NCBI GenBank assembly: GCA_025355725.1
Contig: JANXZC010000109.1
Span: 38,340 to 102,339, forward strand
Reading direction: 5' to 3'
Length of the DNA: 64,000 nucleotides
Source of the DNA: Syntrophus sp. (in: bacteria)
GTDB lineage: Bacteria > Desulfobacterota > Syntrophia > Syntrophales > UBA8958
Shown here: positions 43,018 to 54,744 of the stretch, piece after piece
How the letters are laid out: each line of letters opens with the position of its first letter
Position numbering within the stretch: the first letter of the stretch is position 1
Translations under genes and position numbers: made by a program
Notes under the pieces: generated by a model
What the model was told of the DNA's origin: nothing
What the model saw: only the letters and a program-made list of their open reading frames with translations
Databases searched by the model: none

Positions 43018-44406
43018 TTATTTTTTAAGGGCAGCCTCCGCCAGCTTTTGCTCCGTAATATCTTCCAGGGTCTCAACGGCGCCAACGAGTTCTCCCTGGT
43101 TATCCCGGATTACGGCAGCGGTGAACCGAAGCCAGCGTCCCTTTTTCCCCAGCTCGGGGAAGAAATCCGTTGCTTCGAATGCCTCTTCATCGACATCGAA
43201 TTTTCGATATTTCCCCGTGTACCACTTGGAGATATTTTTAACCGCGCTGTCCACAAGCAGATCGGCCATACAGGGCCTCTCTTCTCCATAGAAGGCTTTC
43301 CAGTGATGATCGGTCCCGATCATATTTTCGGCCGGTATTTTGGTCAAATTTTCCAACGCCCGGTTCCAAAGAATGACCTTGTGGTCCTTCCCGATCACAA
43401 AAGCGGGGATGGAGAAGCCCTGGAAAATGCTGTTCAGTGTTTTTTCACTCTTGACCAGTCTTTGCTCTGCAATTTCGCGTTCCCTTTTGGTCTCCGTAAA
43501 ATCACCTAAGGTCTCGATAGCGCCAACTAAAACTCCCTGGGAGTTACGGATTGCCGCTGCGGTGAACCAGAGCCAGCGCCCGTTTACACCCAAGTCGGGG
43601 AAAAACCCCTCTGCTTTAAAAGTTTCATCGAGAAGTTTCGATTTAGATACGCCTCTGTACCATTCCGGTATTGTCTCAAGTGATTGATTTACGATCAGAT
43701 CAGCCATGCAAGGTCTTTCTTTAGCATAGAAGGCACGCCAGTGCTGACTTGTTCCGATCACCTCTTCCGATGGGATCTTGCTTAATTCTTCGAGAGCCCG
43801 ATTCCAGTGAATCACTTTGTGATCAATTCCGATTACGAATGTCGGAAACGGTGAACCCTCGATAATACTGAATAGCTCTTGGTCGCTTTCTCTTTTCGAC
43901 AGTTCAGCCGACTTGCGTTCCGAAATATCTTCCAGGGTCTCAACTGCTCCCACGAGTCGGCCTTTGGAATCCTTGATAGCTGCAGCCGTAAACCGAAGCC
44001 ATCGGCCACTTTCGCCGAGATCAGGGAAGAAATCGGTCGCTTCATAGGCTTCTTCCAACAGATCGGATTTGGAGTATTTTCCTTCATACCACTTTGGAAT
44101 CCGGTCCGAGATCCCATCAACGAGCAAATCCGCCATGCAGGGTCTTACCTCGGCATAAAAAGCCCTCCATTGCTCATTAGTGCCAACAACCTCACTCATC
44201 GGTATTTTACTCAGTTGTTCAAGGGCCTTATTCCAATGAAGAACCTTGTGGTCTTTCCCAATCACGAAAGCGGGAATGGAGAAACCATGGATTATGCTTT
44301 GCAGCAGATGTTCTGATTCCTGAGGACTGTCAGACGACTCCTTTTTTTTCTTCAGGTCTTTGCCCATCGTAGCCGGATCATTTTTTTTACTTACTTTTGC
44401 CTTCAT
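43018..44406 (-). CDS. Stand-alone protein of three tandem Cys-containing PAS-like modules (no output domain)
   Basis: Three ~130-aa repeats (approximately 44310..43912, 43881..43492 and 43434..43042). Each has IPAFVIGKDHKV..WN.ALE.L.KIP...V.GT...W.AFY...RPCMADL...GRWL.FTAA.I....G.LVGA.ETL.D. AGGGAGG SD. Confidence 0.8.
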   Translation of the reverse strand: MKAKVSKKNDPATMGKDLKKKKESSDSPQESEHLLQSIIHGFSIPAFVIGKDHKVLHWNKALEQLSKIPMSEVVGTNEQWRAFYAEVRPCMADLLVDGISDRIPKWYEGKYSKSDLLEEAYEATDFFPDLGESGRWLRFTAAAIKDSKGRLVGAVETLEDISERKSAELSKRESDQELFSIIEGSPFPTFVIGIDHKVIHWNRALEELSKIPSEEVIGTSQHWRAFYAKERPCMADLIVNQSLETIPEWYRGVSKSKLLDETFKAEGFFPDLGVNGRWLWFTAAAIRNSQGVLVGAIETLGDFTETKREREIAEQRLVKSEKTLNSIFQGFSIPAFVIGKDHKVILWNRALENLTKIPAENMIGTDHHWKAFYGEERPCMADLLVDSAVKNISKWYTGKYRKFDVDEEAFEATDFFPELGKKGRWLRFTAAVIRDNQGELVGAVETLEDITEQKLAEAALKK

Positions 44407-44428
44407 AAGTCACTCCTCCCTTTAGAGC

Positions 44429-44461
44429 CATGGCATATAATTTATCCTTAAATATGCCATG
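44429..44461. promoter_or_regulatory. Perfect 10-bp inverted repeat just upstream of the triple-PAS gene
   Basis: CATGGCATAT-N13-ATATGCCATG, 23-55 nt upstream of the ATG at 44406. Confidence 0.4.
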
Positions 44462-44609
44462 ATTTCGACGATCTTTGCCTCAACTGAATAATTGATTCTT
44501 AAACAATTCCAAACAGGAGCTCTTTTCACGTTTGTGTGGATCCTAATCTTTCTCATGTCCCGTTGGGCTTTAATCATCACCTCCCATGCATCGAGAAAAA
44601 GAAATTTAT

Positions 44610-45035
44610 TATGAAGATCCGATATCTGACGGCTTACGAACGCCGGATACTGTGACGATGAGTGCTATCAGTTCCGGCGGGGTGATATCGAAGGCCGGAC
44701 AGTATGCCTGCACCCGGTCGCCGGTGATTGCGTCCTCTGGAATTCGAGGACCTCCCTGGGATACCACTCATCTGTGGGGGATAGCGTGTCCCCGCAAGGT
44801 GCGACAAACCCGGTCGCCGTATTGCCTTTCGTAACTCTTTAATTTAGCAAGATACAGGCCATACCGAGCTGTGATAGCAATATCTCCTGCCCCCTGGGCC
44901 AGCATCTGCTCAATAGCCTTGATTACTTCCATGCGATAGGGGTATTTTCAAATCAACCACCCTTCAGCAAGCTTCGGGGAATATGACGCGGAGAGATTGC
45001 AATCTGGTCATGTCCCTCGATTTTGTTAAGATTTC
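44610..45035 (-). pseudogene. Internally deleted remnant of an mtnA-like paralog
   Basis: 44641..44830 aligns by eye at about 80% with the 3' end of 20689..21684 (20721..20920). 44848..45030 aligns with its 5' region (about 21490..21680). The central ~560 bp is missing and the frame is broken. Confidence 0.6.
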
Positions 45036-45517
45036 TGGTTACGCCCCTTCCGGGATGCTGAAACGCCAGGCGCAGAACCATTCTCGGGGATGGGCGTCGG
45101 GGGGTATCCTCTGCATTCGTAGCGGAAGCGAGAGTCAATGGCCTTCCCAACGCTTATAATGCAGCATAGTCTTTCCTGCCTTGCAAACGGGGATTCATGC
45201 CCATATCCTGCTTTGCAAGAAACGCGACTTCCAGGTCACATGGGGGCGACATTTTGGTCGCAGCATGCAAGTACACAACTTTTAAGTTGTTTTTTCTTTT
45301 TATTGACGCCTGTTTTGTTCTTGGCCCCACAAATGACGACCTTTTGTTCATCAGCCCGATGAACTGTATCGCTAACTCGTAAAAAAAATCGTTGTTTAAT
45401 CTCTCCGGGCTATATTTCCTGAAGCTTGCTTCGTTCCTTACGGTCTTGGCTGCCTCGCAGCCTGCTGCGTCGTGGTTCATTCAGGCATGAAACTATTGTC
45501 TCTGAGGAAATCTTTTT

Positions 45518-45533
45518 TGGTACAACCCTTGCT
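45518..45533 (+). promoter_or_regulatory. Sigma54 (-24/-12) promoter candidate
   Basis: TGGTACAACCCTTGCT has exact GG-N10-GC geometry, about 57 nt upstream of the ATG at 45590. Confidence 0.6.
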
Positions 45534-45589
45534 GATATAAAAATCAAAAGCAGGGGAAAGCCAATCCAAGAGAAAGGAGGAATCGGCGT

Positions 45590-46054
45590 ATGATCGCATC
45601 GATGAAACTGATTGATCTGGTAGATAATCACGCGGAAAGAATCGCCGAACAGTGGGCTAAAAACGTGGTCAAAAACCCCATGACGCCTTATTATAAGAAA
45701 CTGGAGGCGGACAGACTCATACCCCAGGCGACAAGGTTGTATCACAAGTTCCGAAGCTTGTTTATGGAACCGAAACGTGCGGAAGCCTCCGACGGATATT
45801 TCTCCAAGTACGCTGAGGAACGATACAGAGAAGGCGTCCCTCTGCACGAGGCGATCTATGCTCTCATCCTGATGAGGCGTCAGATCTGGCTGTATGCAGA
45901 GTTTCAGGCCACTTTCTCAACAGCCGTAGAAAAACAGCAGGCCATTGATAGCGTCACCAGGACCATGCTCATGTTCGATTATGCCATGTACTTCATTACA
46001 AAAAAATATCGCGAACTGATGAAGCTGGAATGGTTTGAGGCGCCCAACACCTGA
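45590..46054 (+). CDS. Stand-alone sensor-globin/RsbR_N-like helical protein, paralog 2
   Basis: 154 aa with an AGGAGG SD. Same conserved blocks as paralogs 1 and 3. Confidence 0.6.
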   Translation: MIASMKLIDLVDNHAERIAEQWAKNVVKNPMTPYYKKLEADRLIPQATRLYHKFRSLFMEPKRAEASDGYFSKYAEERYREGVPLHEAIYALILMRRQIWLYAEFQATFSTAVEKQQAIDSVTRTMLMFDYAMYFITKKYRELMKLEWFEAPNT

Positions 46055-46114
46055 TAAAAACCGTAGAACAAGCCTTCCCTTAAGGGGGCAGCGAAGATAA
46101 GGAGGGCAAAGAGC

Positions 46115-48369
<2,255 letters not shown>

Positions 48370-48440
48370 ACTTTTGAGAACGAAATCTGTTTCCTGAAGA
48401 AAAAGGTAATTTTTGAACATCAGGATGAGGACATAAACAC

Positions 48441-48827
48441 ATGAACATGAAAGTCCTGCTCCCCGCTGAGATATTTTTGACCGCAGAGGTAACCAAAGTG
48501 GTGGCCGAAGCGGAAAACGGGTTTTTCTGCCTGATGCCCCAGCACGTTGATTTCACGGCGGCCCTCGTCCCCGGGGTATTTTCCTATACCACCCAGGCAG
48601 GGGAGGATAACTACCTGGCCGTTGATGTCGGCACCATTATCAAGAGGGGGGCCGATATCCTGGTATCGACCCGTAACGCCTTCCGTGGATCCGAACTCGG
48701 TCATTTGAAAGAGGTCGTCGTCCAGCAGTTCCGGGAGATAGACGAGCGCGAAAAGAAGGCCCGTACTGCCGCATCCAGACTGGAAGTGGACCTCCTGCGC
48801 CGCTTCATGGAGTTGAGACATGAGTGA
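48441..48827 (+). CDS. atpC: N-type F-ATPase epsilon subunit
   Basis: 128 aa in the position after atpD. Has an epsilon-like N-terminal beta-sandwich pattern. Confidence 0.8.
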   Translation: MNMKVLLPAEIFLTAEVTKVVAEAENGFFCLMPQHVDFTAALVPGVFSYTTQAGEDNYLAVDVGTIIKRGADILVSTRNAFRGSELGHLKEVVVQQFREIDEREKKARTAASRLEVDLLRRFMELRHE

Positions 48828-49149
48828 AGAACATCTGACCCCGAAAGAAAGGCTCCGCAAGCAGGCCGAAGATTTCACGAAAAAGGTCGGCGTCAAGGAG
48901 GCAAGGAAAATCAAGGGAAAATCCCAGAAAGACGAGGGCATCTGGTTCGGCCTGGGCGTCTTCGGCATCGTGGGGTGGTCGGTCGTCATCCCCACCCTGA
49001 TCGGAACGGCCATCGGGGTCTGGATCGACGGCGCCTGGCCAAGCCGGTTTTCCTGGGCGCTGATGATGATGATCCTGGGGGTAACTTTGGGATGCATCAA
49101 CGCCTGGTACTGGGTAAAAAAGGCCCGGGAAAACATCATCAAGGACTGA
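48820..49149 (+). CDS. atpQ: N-ATPase accessory membrane protein AtpQ (AtpI/AtpZ-like)
   Basis: 109 aa with two TM segments (GLGVFGIVGWSVVIPTLIGTAIGVWIDG). Its position in the operon fits AtpQ. Confidence 0.7.
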   Translation: MSEEHLTPKERLRKQAEDFTKKVGVKEARKIKGKSQKDEGIWFGLGVFGIVGWSVVIPTLIGTAIGVWIDGAWPSRFSWALMMMILGVTLGCINAWYWVKKARENIIKD

Positions 49150-49221
49150 GAGAACGATTACAGCAGCGTCACTCGTCGGTAAATTTTCATCGACGGAACG
49201 ACTGAATGAAAGGATTAATCC

Positions 49222-49530
49222 ATGGTTTCCGCCACAACACTGCTCGTCCCATTTATCCTCGGGAGCCTGATCGGCCTGCTCTACTTCTCGGGACTCTGGC
49301 AGACTGTGCAGCGGCTTCCCGACGCACAGAGCCCCATTCGGATCCTTTTGTACAGTTATATCGGGCGGATAACCCTGACGCTGGGAGGGTTTTACGTCAT
49401 CATGGACGGCGCCTGGGAACGCCTGGCGGCAGCCATGATGGGATTTTTGATCCTCCGGGCCTTACTGGTCCGGCGTTTCGGGCGGATTCCCGGCCCTTCT
49501 CCTAAAGGAGCGGTATTATGGAAGTCGTAG
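49222..49530 (+). CDS. atpR: N-ATPase accessory membrane protein AtpR
   Basis: 102 aa with GLLYFSGLWQTVQRL and Arg-containing TM helices. It is positioned between atpQ and atpB. Confidence 0.65.
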   Translation: MVSATTLLVPFILGSLIGLLYFSGLWQTVQRLPDAQSPIRILLYSYIGRITLTLGGFYVIMDGAWERLAAAMMGFLILRALLVRRFGRIPGPSPKGAVLWKS

Positions 49531-50246
49531 CCATTAACCAGATCAGTCCCGACCAGGTCATCCTCTTCTCGTGGTGGTTCGTCACTATCAGCGCCACCCT
49601 GCTTTACACTTGGTTGGTCATGGGGGTCCTGGTCATCGGATCCATACTTATTACGGGAAATCTGTCATCAGACCCGATCATGACCCGGTGGCAGAGTGTG
49701 CTGGAAGTCCTCGTCGAAACGATCCGCTCGGAGATCGGGGATGTTGTCAAGGATGGTGTGGACACCTATTTTCCCTTTATCGGCACCCTTTTTCTGTTCA
49801 TCCTGTTCTCCAACCTTTTCACCTTCATTCCGGGATACGTCGCCCCGACATCATCCCTCACGACCACGTCAGCCCTCGCAATCATGGTCTTTTTTGCCGT
49901 CCCGATTTATGGAATCTCCAAACAGGGAATCCTTGAATACCTGAAGGAATATTTTCGCCCGACCTTTATCTTCTTCCCCTTTCACGTCATGGGCGAATTT
50001 TCCCGGACCCTGGCCCTTGCCGTCCGGCTTTTCGGTAATCTCATGAGCCACGAGAAGGTTATTGCCATCCTGCTTGCCGTCACGCCCCTGCTCTTCCCGG
50101 TAGTCATGCAGGTCCTCGGCCTCCTCATCGGCATCATCCAGGCCTATATTTTTGCGGTACTGACCATAGTTTACATTGCGTCTGCCACGCAGTCGCATGA
50201 AGAAGCGGAACATAAAACCAAGGAACCTAATTCAACAAACCGTTAA
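49518..50246 (+). CDS. atpB: F-ATPase a subunit
   Basis: Polytopic, with LALAVRLFGNLMSHE (the conserved stator Arg region). Confidence 0.88.
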   Translation: MEVVAINQISPDQVILFSWWFVTISATLLYTWLVMGVLVIGSILITGNLSSDPIMTRWQSVLEVLVETIRSEIGDVVKDGVDTYFPFIGTLFLFILFSNLFTFIPGYVAPTSSLTTTSALAIMVFFAVPIYGISKQGILEYLKEYFRPTFIFFPFHVMGEFSRTLALAVRLFGNLMSHEKVIAILLAVTPLLFPVVMQVLGLLIGIIQAYIFAVLTIVYIASATQSHEEAEHKTKEPNSTNR

Positions 50247-50276
50247 AAACATAAAAAGAAAAGGAGGACACATCAA

Positions 50277-50555
50277 ATGGACAGCGTGAGCATTGTAGCG
50301 ATGGCATCTATTATTACGGCGGGTATCTGTATGGGGATCGGCGCCATCGGACCCGGCCTTGGACAGGGCCGGGCGGTACAGGGGGCGTTGACTTCGATCG
50401 CCCAGCAGCCTGATGAGCGGAACTCTCTGACGAGGACCCTTTTTGTGGGTCTCGCCATGATTGAATCCATCGCCATCTACTGCTTCGTTATCTCCATGAT
50501 CCTGGTGTTCGCCAATCCATTCTGGGCTTACGTCATCAAGAAAGCGGGGGGATAA
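50277..50555 (+). CDS. atpE: F-ATPase c subunit with a Na+-type ligand set
   Basis: Helical hairpin with GxGxGxG (GAIGPGLGQG) and Q30, E63, S64, Y68. These correspond to Q32/E65/S66/Y70 of the I. tartaricus Na+ c-ring. Confidence 0.9.
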   Translation: MDSVSIVAMASIITAGICMGIGAIGPGLGQGRAVQGALTSIAQQPDERNSLTRTLFVGLAMIESIAIYCFVISMILVFANPFWAYVIKKAGG

Positions 50556-50558
50556 TCC

Positions 50559-51332
50559 ATGCATATCGACTGGTTTGTCTTTTTCTCCCAGATCGTCAAT
50601 TTCCTGATCCTCCTGTTTCTCCTGAAGAAATTCCTCTACGGGCGGATCATCGGGGCCATAGACGCCCGGAAAGCGAAGATCGGCGCCCTCTTTGCGGAGG
50701 CCGAGCAATCCCGCCAGGATGCCCGGACGGCGGCAGAAGACTGCGAGAGGAAGCGCCAGGACCTGGAGGAACGCTATGAGCAATCGCTCAATGAGGCCCG
50801 CCGGGAGGCCGAGACCTACCGGGAACGCCTGATGGAGAAGGCCCGCGAGGAGGTAGATTACCTCAAGGTGCGATGGACGGAGGCCCTGAGGGCAGAACGG
50901 AATAACTTCCTCCACGAGCTCCGGCAGCTTGCGGGACGTCAGATCTACGCGGCGACGCGGCGAGTCCTCAAGGATCTGGCCGATCTAAATCTCGAGGAGC
51001 GAATCGTAGAGGTACTCTTGGCCCGCATCGCTTCCATGGATGAAAACGAGCGGAACAAATTCCGGGGACCCGCCCGTGAGGGAGGGACGATAACCGTCAC
51101 CTGCGCCTTTGATATTCCCACGGCGGCGCAGGCGAGACTTAATGACACCCTGCACCGCTACCTGTCAGGGGACATGGACGTGACCTATGTGCGATCGGAT
51201 GACATCCTTTCCGGTTGCGAATTACGGTCGGACGGACACAAGATATCATGGAGCATGAAGGATTACCTCGACACCATCGAGGAGCGATTCTACTCCGCCC
51301 TTTATGAGGAAGCGCAGGAACAGCGGACATAA
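50559..51332 (+). CDS. atpF: F-ATPase b subunit, long form with a delta-like C-terminus
   Basis: N-terminal TM helix plus a long charged helix. 257 aa, with a C-terminal ...[29 protein letters not shown] resembling the OSCP/delta end. There is no separate atpH. Confidence 0.75.
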   Translation: MHIDWFVFFSQIVNFLILLFLLKKFLYGRIIGAIDARKAKIGALFAEAEQSRQDARTAAEDCERKRQDLEERYEQSLNEARREAETYRERLMEKAREEVDYLKVRWTEALRAERNNFLHELRQLAGRQIYAATRRVLKDLADLNLEERIVEVLLARIASMDENERNKFRGPAREGGTITVTCAFDIPTAAQARLNDTLHRYLSGDMDVTYVRSDDILSGCELRSDGHKISWSMKDYLDTIEERFYSALYEEAQEQRT

Positions 51333-51345
51333 GGAGATAATAACC

Positions 51346-52905
51346 ATGAAGGATATTGTATCGGAGAAGGAGGAGTTGAAGGTGTTTCTGGACGGCGCCT
51401 TCCGAACCATGGATAACGTCCTTTCCCAGCATGAAGCGGAACTGCGGGATCGTGAGGTAGGCACCGTCAATTACGTCGGTTACGGGATCGTCCGGGTCAG
51501 CGGCCTGCCGAACATCCGGGCCGACGAAGTCGTCCTCTTTCCCGGTAATCTTCAGGGACTGGTCTTCAATATCGATCCGGAGGAAATCGGGGTTATTCTC
51601 CTGGGGCCCAGCGCACATCTGGGGGCCGGGGATGAGGTGAGGCGCACCGACAGAATCCTCGATGTTCCCGTCGGGGAAGCGCTGATCGGCCGGGTGGTTG
51701 ACGCCTTGGGGCGCCCCTTGGACGACCAGGGGGAAATCCGGTCGGTGAAGCGGTTTGCAGTGGAACGGGAGGCCCCGCCGGTAATGGCCCGGGATCCCGT
51801 CACGGTTCCCCTCCAGACGGGCATCAAGGTAATCGACGCCCTTTTTCCCATCGGGCAGGGACAGCGGGAACTTATCGTCGGCGACCGCCAGACGGGGAAA
51901 ACGGCCATCGCCCTCGACACCATTATCAACCAGGCCGACAAGAACGTCCTCTGTATCTATTGCACCGTCGGGAAAAAGGCTTCCGATGTAGCCAAACTCA
52001 TCGCCGACCTGAAACAGTACAAAACCATGAGTTATGTAACCGTCGTGGTCGCCACCGGCGACGAGCCCCCGGGGCTCCAGTTCATTGCCCCCTACGCCGC
52101 CACCTCCATGGCTGAATATTTCATGTCCACCGGGCGTGACGTCCTTATCATCTATGATGATCTCACTTATCATGCCCGGGCCTACCGGGAGCTTTCCCTG
52201 CTGCTCCGGCGCCCGCCGGGCCGTGAGGCATTTCCCGGGGATATTTTCTATATCCATTCCCGGCTCCTGGAACGGTCGACCCATCTCCGGAAGGAACACG
52301 GCGGCGGCTCCCTGACATCCCTGCCCATCGTGGAAACGGAGGCTCAGGATATTTCCGGTTACATCCCGACCAATCTGATCTCCATCACCGACGGGCAGCT
52401 CTATCTATCACCAAGACTTTTCCAGAAGGGCATCCTACCCGCTGTGGATGTCGGCAAATCCGTTTCCCGCGTGGGCGGCAAGGCCCAGCTTCCGGCCTAC
52501 CGGGCCGTGGCGGGGGATGTCCGGATCTCATATTCCCAGTTTGAAGAACTGGAAACCTTTTCCCGCTTCGGCACCCGTCTGGACGACGCGACCCGGAAGG
52601 TCCTCGATCGGGGCTGGCGGGTCCGGGAGATCCTGAAGCAGCCCCAGTATCAGCCCATCCCCGTAGCTGAGCAGGTCGCGGCGCTGCTGGCCGTCACCTC
52701 GGGAAGTTATGACAGCGTCGCCGTTGATAAAATCCGGGACGCTGAAGCAGCCCTTCGTAAGACCATGGTTGAAAAACACGGCGATTTGAACGCCCGGATC
52801 AGTGCGGGTGAAAAACTCGGGTCTGCAGACCGGGACATTCTCGCCCGCGCGGCTACGGAAACGGCGTTATCTTATGGAAAGGAGCCGGAAAGTGCTGACC
52901 GCTGA
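51346..52905 (+). CDS. atpA: N-type F-ATPase alpha subunit
   Basis: P-loop GDRQTGKTA. Start is the ATG at 51346, after AAGGAG. Confidence 0.93.
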   Translation: MKDIVSEKEELKVFLDGAFRTMDNVLSQHEAELRDREVGTVNYVGYGIVRVSGLPNIRADEVVLFPGNLQGLVFNIDPEEIGVILLGPSAHLGAGDEVRRTDRILDVPVGEALIGRVVDALGRPLDDQGEIRSVKRFAVEREAPPVMARDPVTVPLQTGIKVIDALFPIGQGQRELIVGDRQTGKTAIALDTIINQADKNVLCIYCTVGKKASDVAKLIADLKQYKTMSYVTVVVATGDEPPGLQFIAPYAATSMAEYFMSTGRDVLIIYDDLTYHARAYRELSLLLRRPPGREAFPGDIFYIHSRLLERSTHLRKEHGGGSLTSLPIVETEAQDISGYIPTNLISITDGQLYLSPRLFQKGILPAVDVGKSVSRVGGKAQLPAYRAVAGDVRISYSQFEELETFSRFGTRLDDATRKVLDRGWRVREILKQPQYQPIPVAEQVAALLAVTSGSYDSVAVDKIRDAEAALRKTMVEKHGDLNARISAGEKLGSADRDILARAATETALSYGKEPESADR

Positions 52906-53773
52906 AGCCCTGAAGCGACAAATCCAGAGCGCCCAGGATCTCCTCGGCGTCGTGAAGACGATGAAGGCCCTGGCCGCCGTGAGTATCCGACAGTATCAGC
53001 GGGCCGTCGAGTCCTTGAGCGAGTACAACCGGACCGTCGAAATGGGCCTGCAGATCGTTCTGAAAAAGAGCCAGGGAACCTTTGCACCCTCGGGCGGGCG
53101 GATGACCCGTCTCGGGGCCATTATTTTCGGAACGGATCAGGGTCTCTGCGGCCAGTTCAACAACATCGTCGTCCATCACGCCCTTGAAGAAATGGACAAG
53201 ACAGGTGTAAAGAAAGAAGACCGGGTCGTGATTGCCATTGGGCTCAGGACCGCCGATATCCTCGAGGACTCGGGACAGAAGATTTTTGAAACCCTCGCCA
53301 CGCCTGGGTCCACGTCGGGAATCACTCCCATGGTGCAGGATATCACCCTGCTCCTTGAGAACTGGCGGTTCAAGAGTCAGGTGGAGCATATGCATCTTTA
53401 TTACAATGAATACATCTCCGGGGCCACTTACCGGCCCCGCCTGCTGAAACTGCTTCCCGTGGACAGGGCCTGGCTGCTGAATCTCCAGAGACAGAAATGG
53501 GAGTCCCGGACTCTCCCCCTGTTCACCATGGAATGGGAACATATCTTCCGGTCCATGATCCGGGAATACCTATTCGTTTCCATCTACAAAGCCTTCGCCA
53601 ATTCGCTGGCCAGCGAAAACGCCAGCCGGCGGGCGGCCATGCAAAATGCGGAGAAGAATATCGAAGAACGTCTTGAGGAGCTCCATGTCCATTTTCACCG
53701 CCAGCGACAGATGACGATCACGGAAGAGCTCCTGGATATTGTCGCTGGTTTTGAAGCCATGGGGAAAAACTGA
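52892..53773 (+). CDS. atpG: N-type F-ATPase gamma subunit
   Basis: ...[16 protein letters not shown]... and C-terminal [14 protein letters not shown] start after AAGGAG. The ATG at 52874 is an alternative. Confidence 0.85.
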   Translation: MLTAEALKRQIQSAQDLLGVVKTMKALAAVSIRQYQRAVESLSEYNRTVEMGLQIVLKKSQGTFAPSGGRMTRLGAIIFGTDQGLCGQFNNIVVHHALEEMDKTGVKKEDRVVIAIGLRTADILEDSGQKIFETLATPGSTSGITPMVQDITLLLENWRFKSQVEHMHLYYNEYISGATYRPRLLKLLPVDRAWLLNLQRQKWESRTLPLFTMEWEHIFRSMIREYLFVSIYKAFANSLASENASRRAAMQNAEKNIEERLEELHVHFHRQRQMTITEELLDIVAGFEAMGKN

Positions 53774-53792
53774 TGAAAGGGGGTCACTGATT

Positions 53793-54578
53793 ATGGGAAT
53801 GGAAAAGACACTTTGCATTATCTGCGCCTGGCGGGAGCACTGTCAGAAAAGGTTCTCCATCACACAGCACGGAGGAGTTAACATTCATTGCCCCGATTTT
53901 ACAAGGGATTACGCCATCAAGGACTCGGATGTTGATTACAGTCTTGTTGATAAACAGTTGGAGAAATGGCGCAAAGAAGGGGCGATCAAGCCACGGCCGA
54001 CAATTACCGTTTCCCGTGACCCGGGGGCCGGGGGCAGCGAGGTTTCCCGAAAACTTGCCAAGGATCTCAAAATGGATCTAATGGGAGGGCAGATCATCTC
54101 CCGGGTGGCGGAAAGCGCCAACATGAGTGAAAAGGTCGTCAAGACCCTTGACGAAAAACACGTCAGCACCCTGGATAGTTGGATCAATTCGCTCTTTACC
54201 TCCCGCCATCTCTGGCCCGACGTTTATCTGCAACATCTGACCAAGGTGATTGGCGCCATCGGTGAGCACGGCAACGCTATCATCGTCGGGCGGGGGGCGC
54301 AGTTTATCCTGCCGCCGGAGCGGACTTTCCGTCTTCGCTTTGTCGCCCCCCTGGAACAGCGGATACAAAAGATCGCAAAAGATCGGAGCTGTTCTGCGGA
54401 AGAGGCGGAAAGCTACATCATCAAGACCGAAAATGACCGGGCTGCCTTTATCAAAAAGGCCTTTCATGAGGATATTGCGAGCCCCCTACATTACGATCTG
54501 GTGCTTAACACGGCGGGCATGACCATCGATGAAGCAGTGGAAACAATCAAAAACGCCTTCAAGGCGAGAAAATACTGA
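53793..54578 (+). CDS. Cytidylate-kinase-like family protein with an N-terminal Cys/His-rich extension
   Basis: ITVSRDPGAGGSEVSRKLA P-loop-like motif (Cytidylate_kin2 type). N-terminal CIICAWREHCQKRFSITQHGGVNIHC. Starts 20 nt after atpG. Confidence 0.7.
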   Translation: MGMEKTLCIICAWREHCQKRFSITQHGGVNIHCPDFTRDYAIKDSDVDYSLVDKQLEKWRKEGAIKPRPTITVSRDPGAGGSEVSRKLAKDLKMDLMGGQIISRVAESANMSEKVVKTLDEKHVSTLDSWINSLFTSRHLWPDVYLQHLTKVIGAIGEHGNAIIVGRGAQFILPPERTFRLRFVAPLEQRIQKIAKDRSCSAEEAESYIIKTENDRAAFIKKAFHEDIASPLHYDLVLNTAGMTIDEAVETIKNAFKARKY

Positions 54579-54634
54579 TCTTTCGAGCCTGTTTCCTGCA
54601 CCCCTTCTCCCCCCCGGTCAGGCGCCTGGTTATC

Positions 54635-54678
54635 GGCCCCTGGGCGGGGGACCTTCCCTGCCCAGGGGCCGGCTTTTT
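54635..54678 (+). terminator. Intrinsic terminator closing the ATPase operon
   Basis: GGCCCCTGGGC-N14-GCCCAGGGGCC followed by GGCTTTTT. Confidence 0.65.
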
Positions 54679-54744
54679 CCTTAACACCTGTAAGCTATTA
54701 TACTTTATTGGTCGAAAGCTCTTGCGCTCTGTACATCCTGTTCT

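Noticed and set aside
44586-44834. An 82-aa plus-strand ORF that might be a small gene.
   Set aside because: The DNA is the reverse strand of a decayed mtnA-like fragment, so the ORF is incidental.
48420-52299. Minus-strand ORFs 48420..49142, 50232..50915 and 51139..52299 within the ATPase operon.
   Set aside because: They lie antisense to atpC/Q, atpE/F and atpA, all of which carry canonical motifs. They are shadow ORFs.
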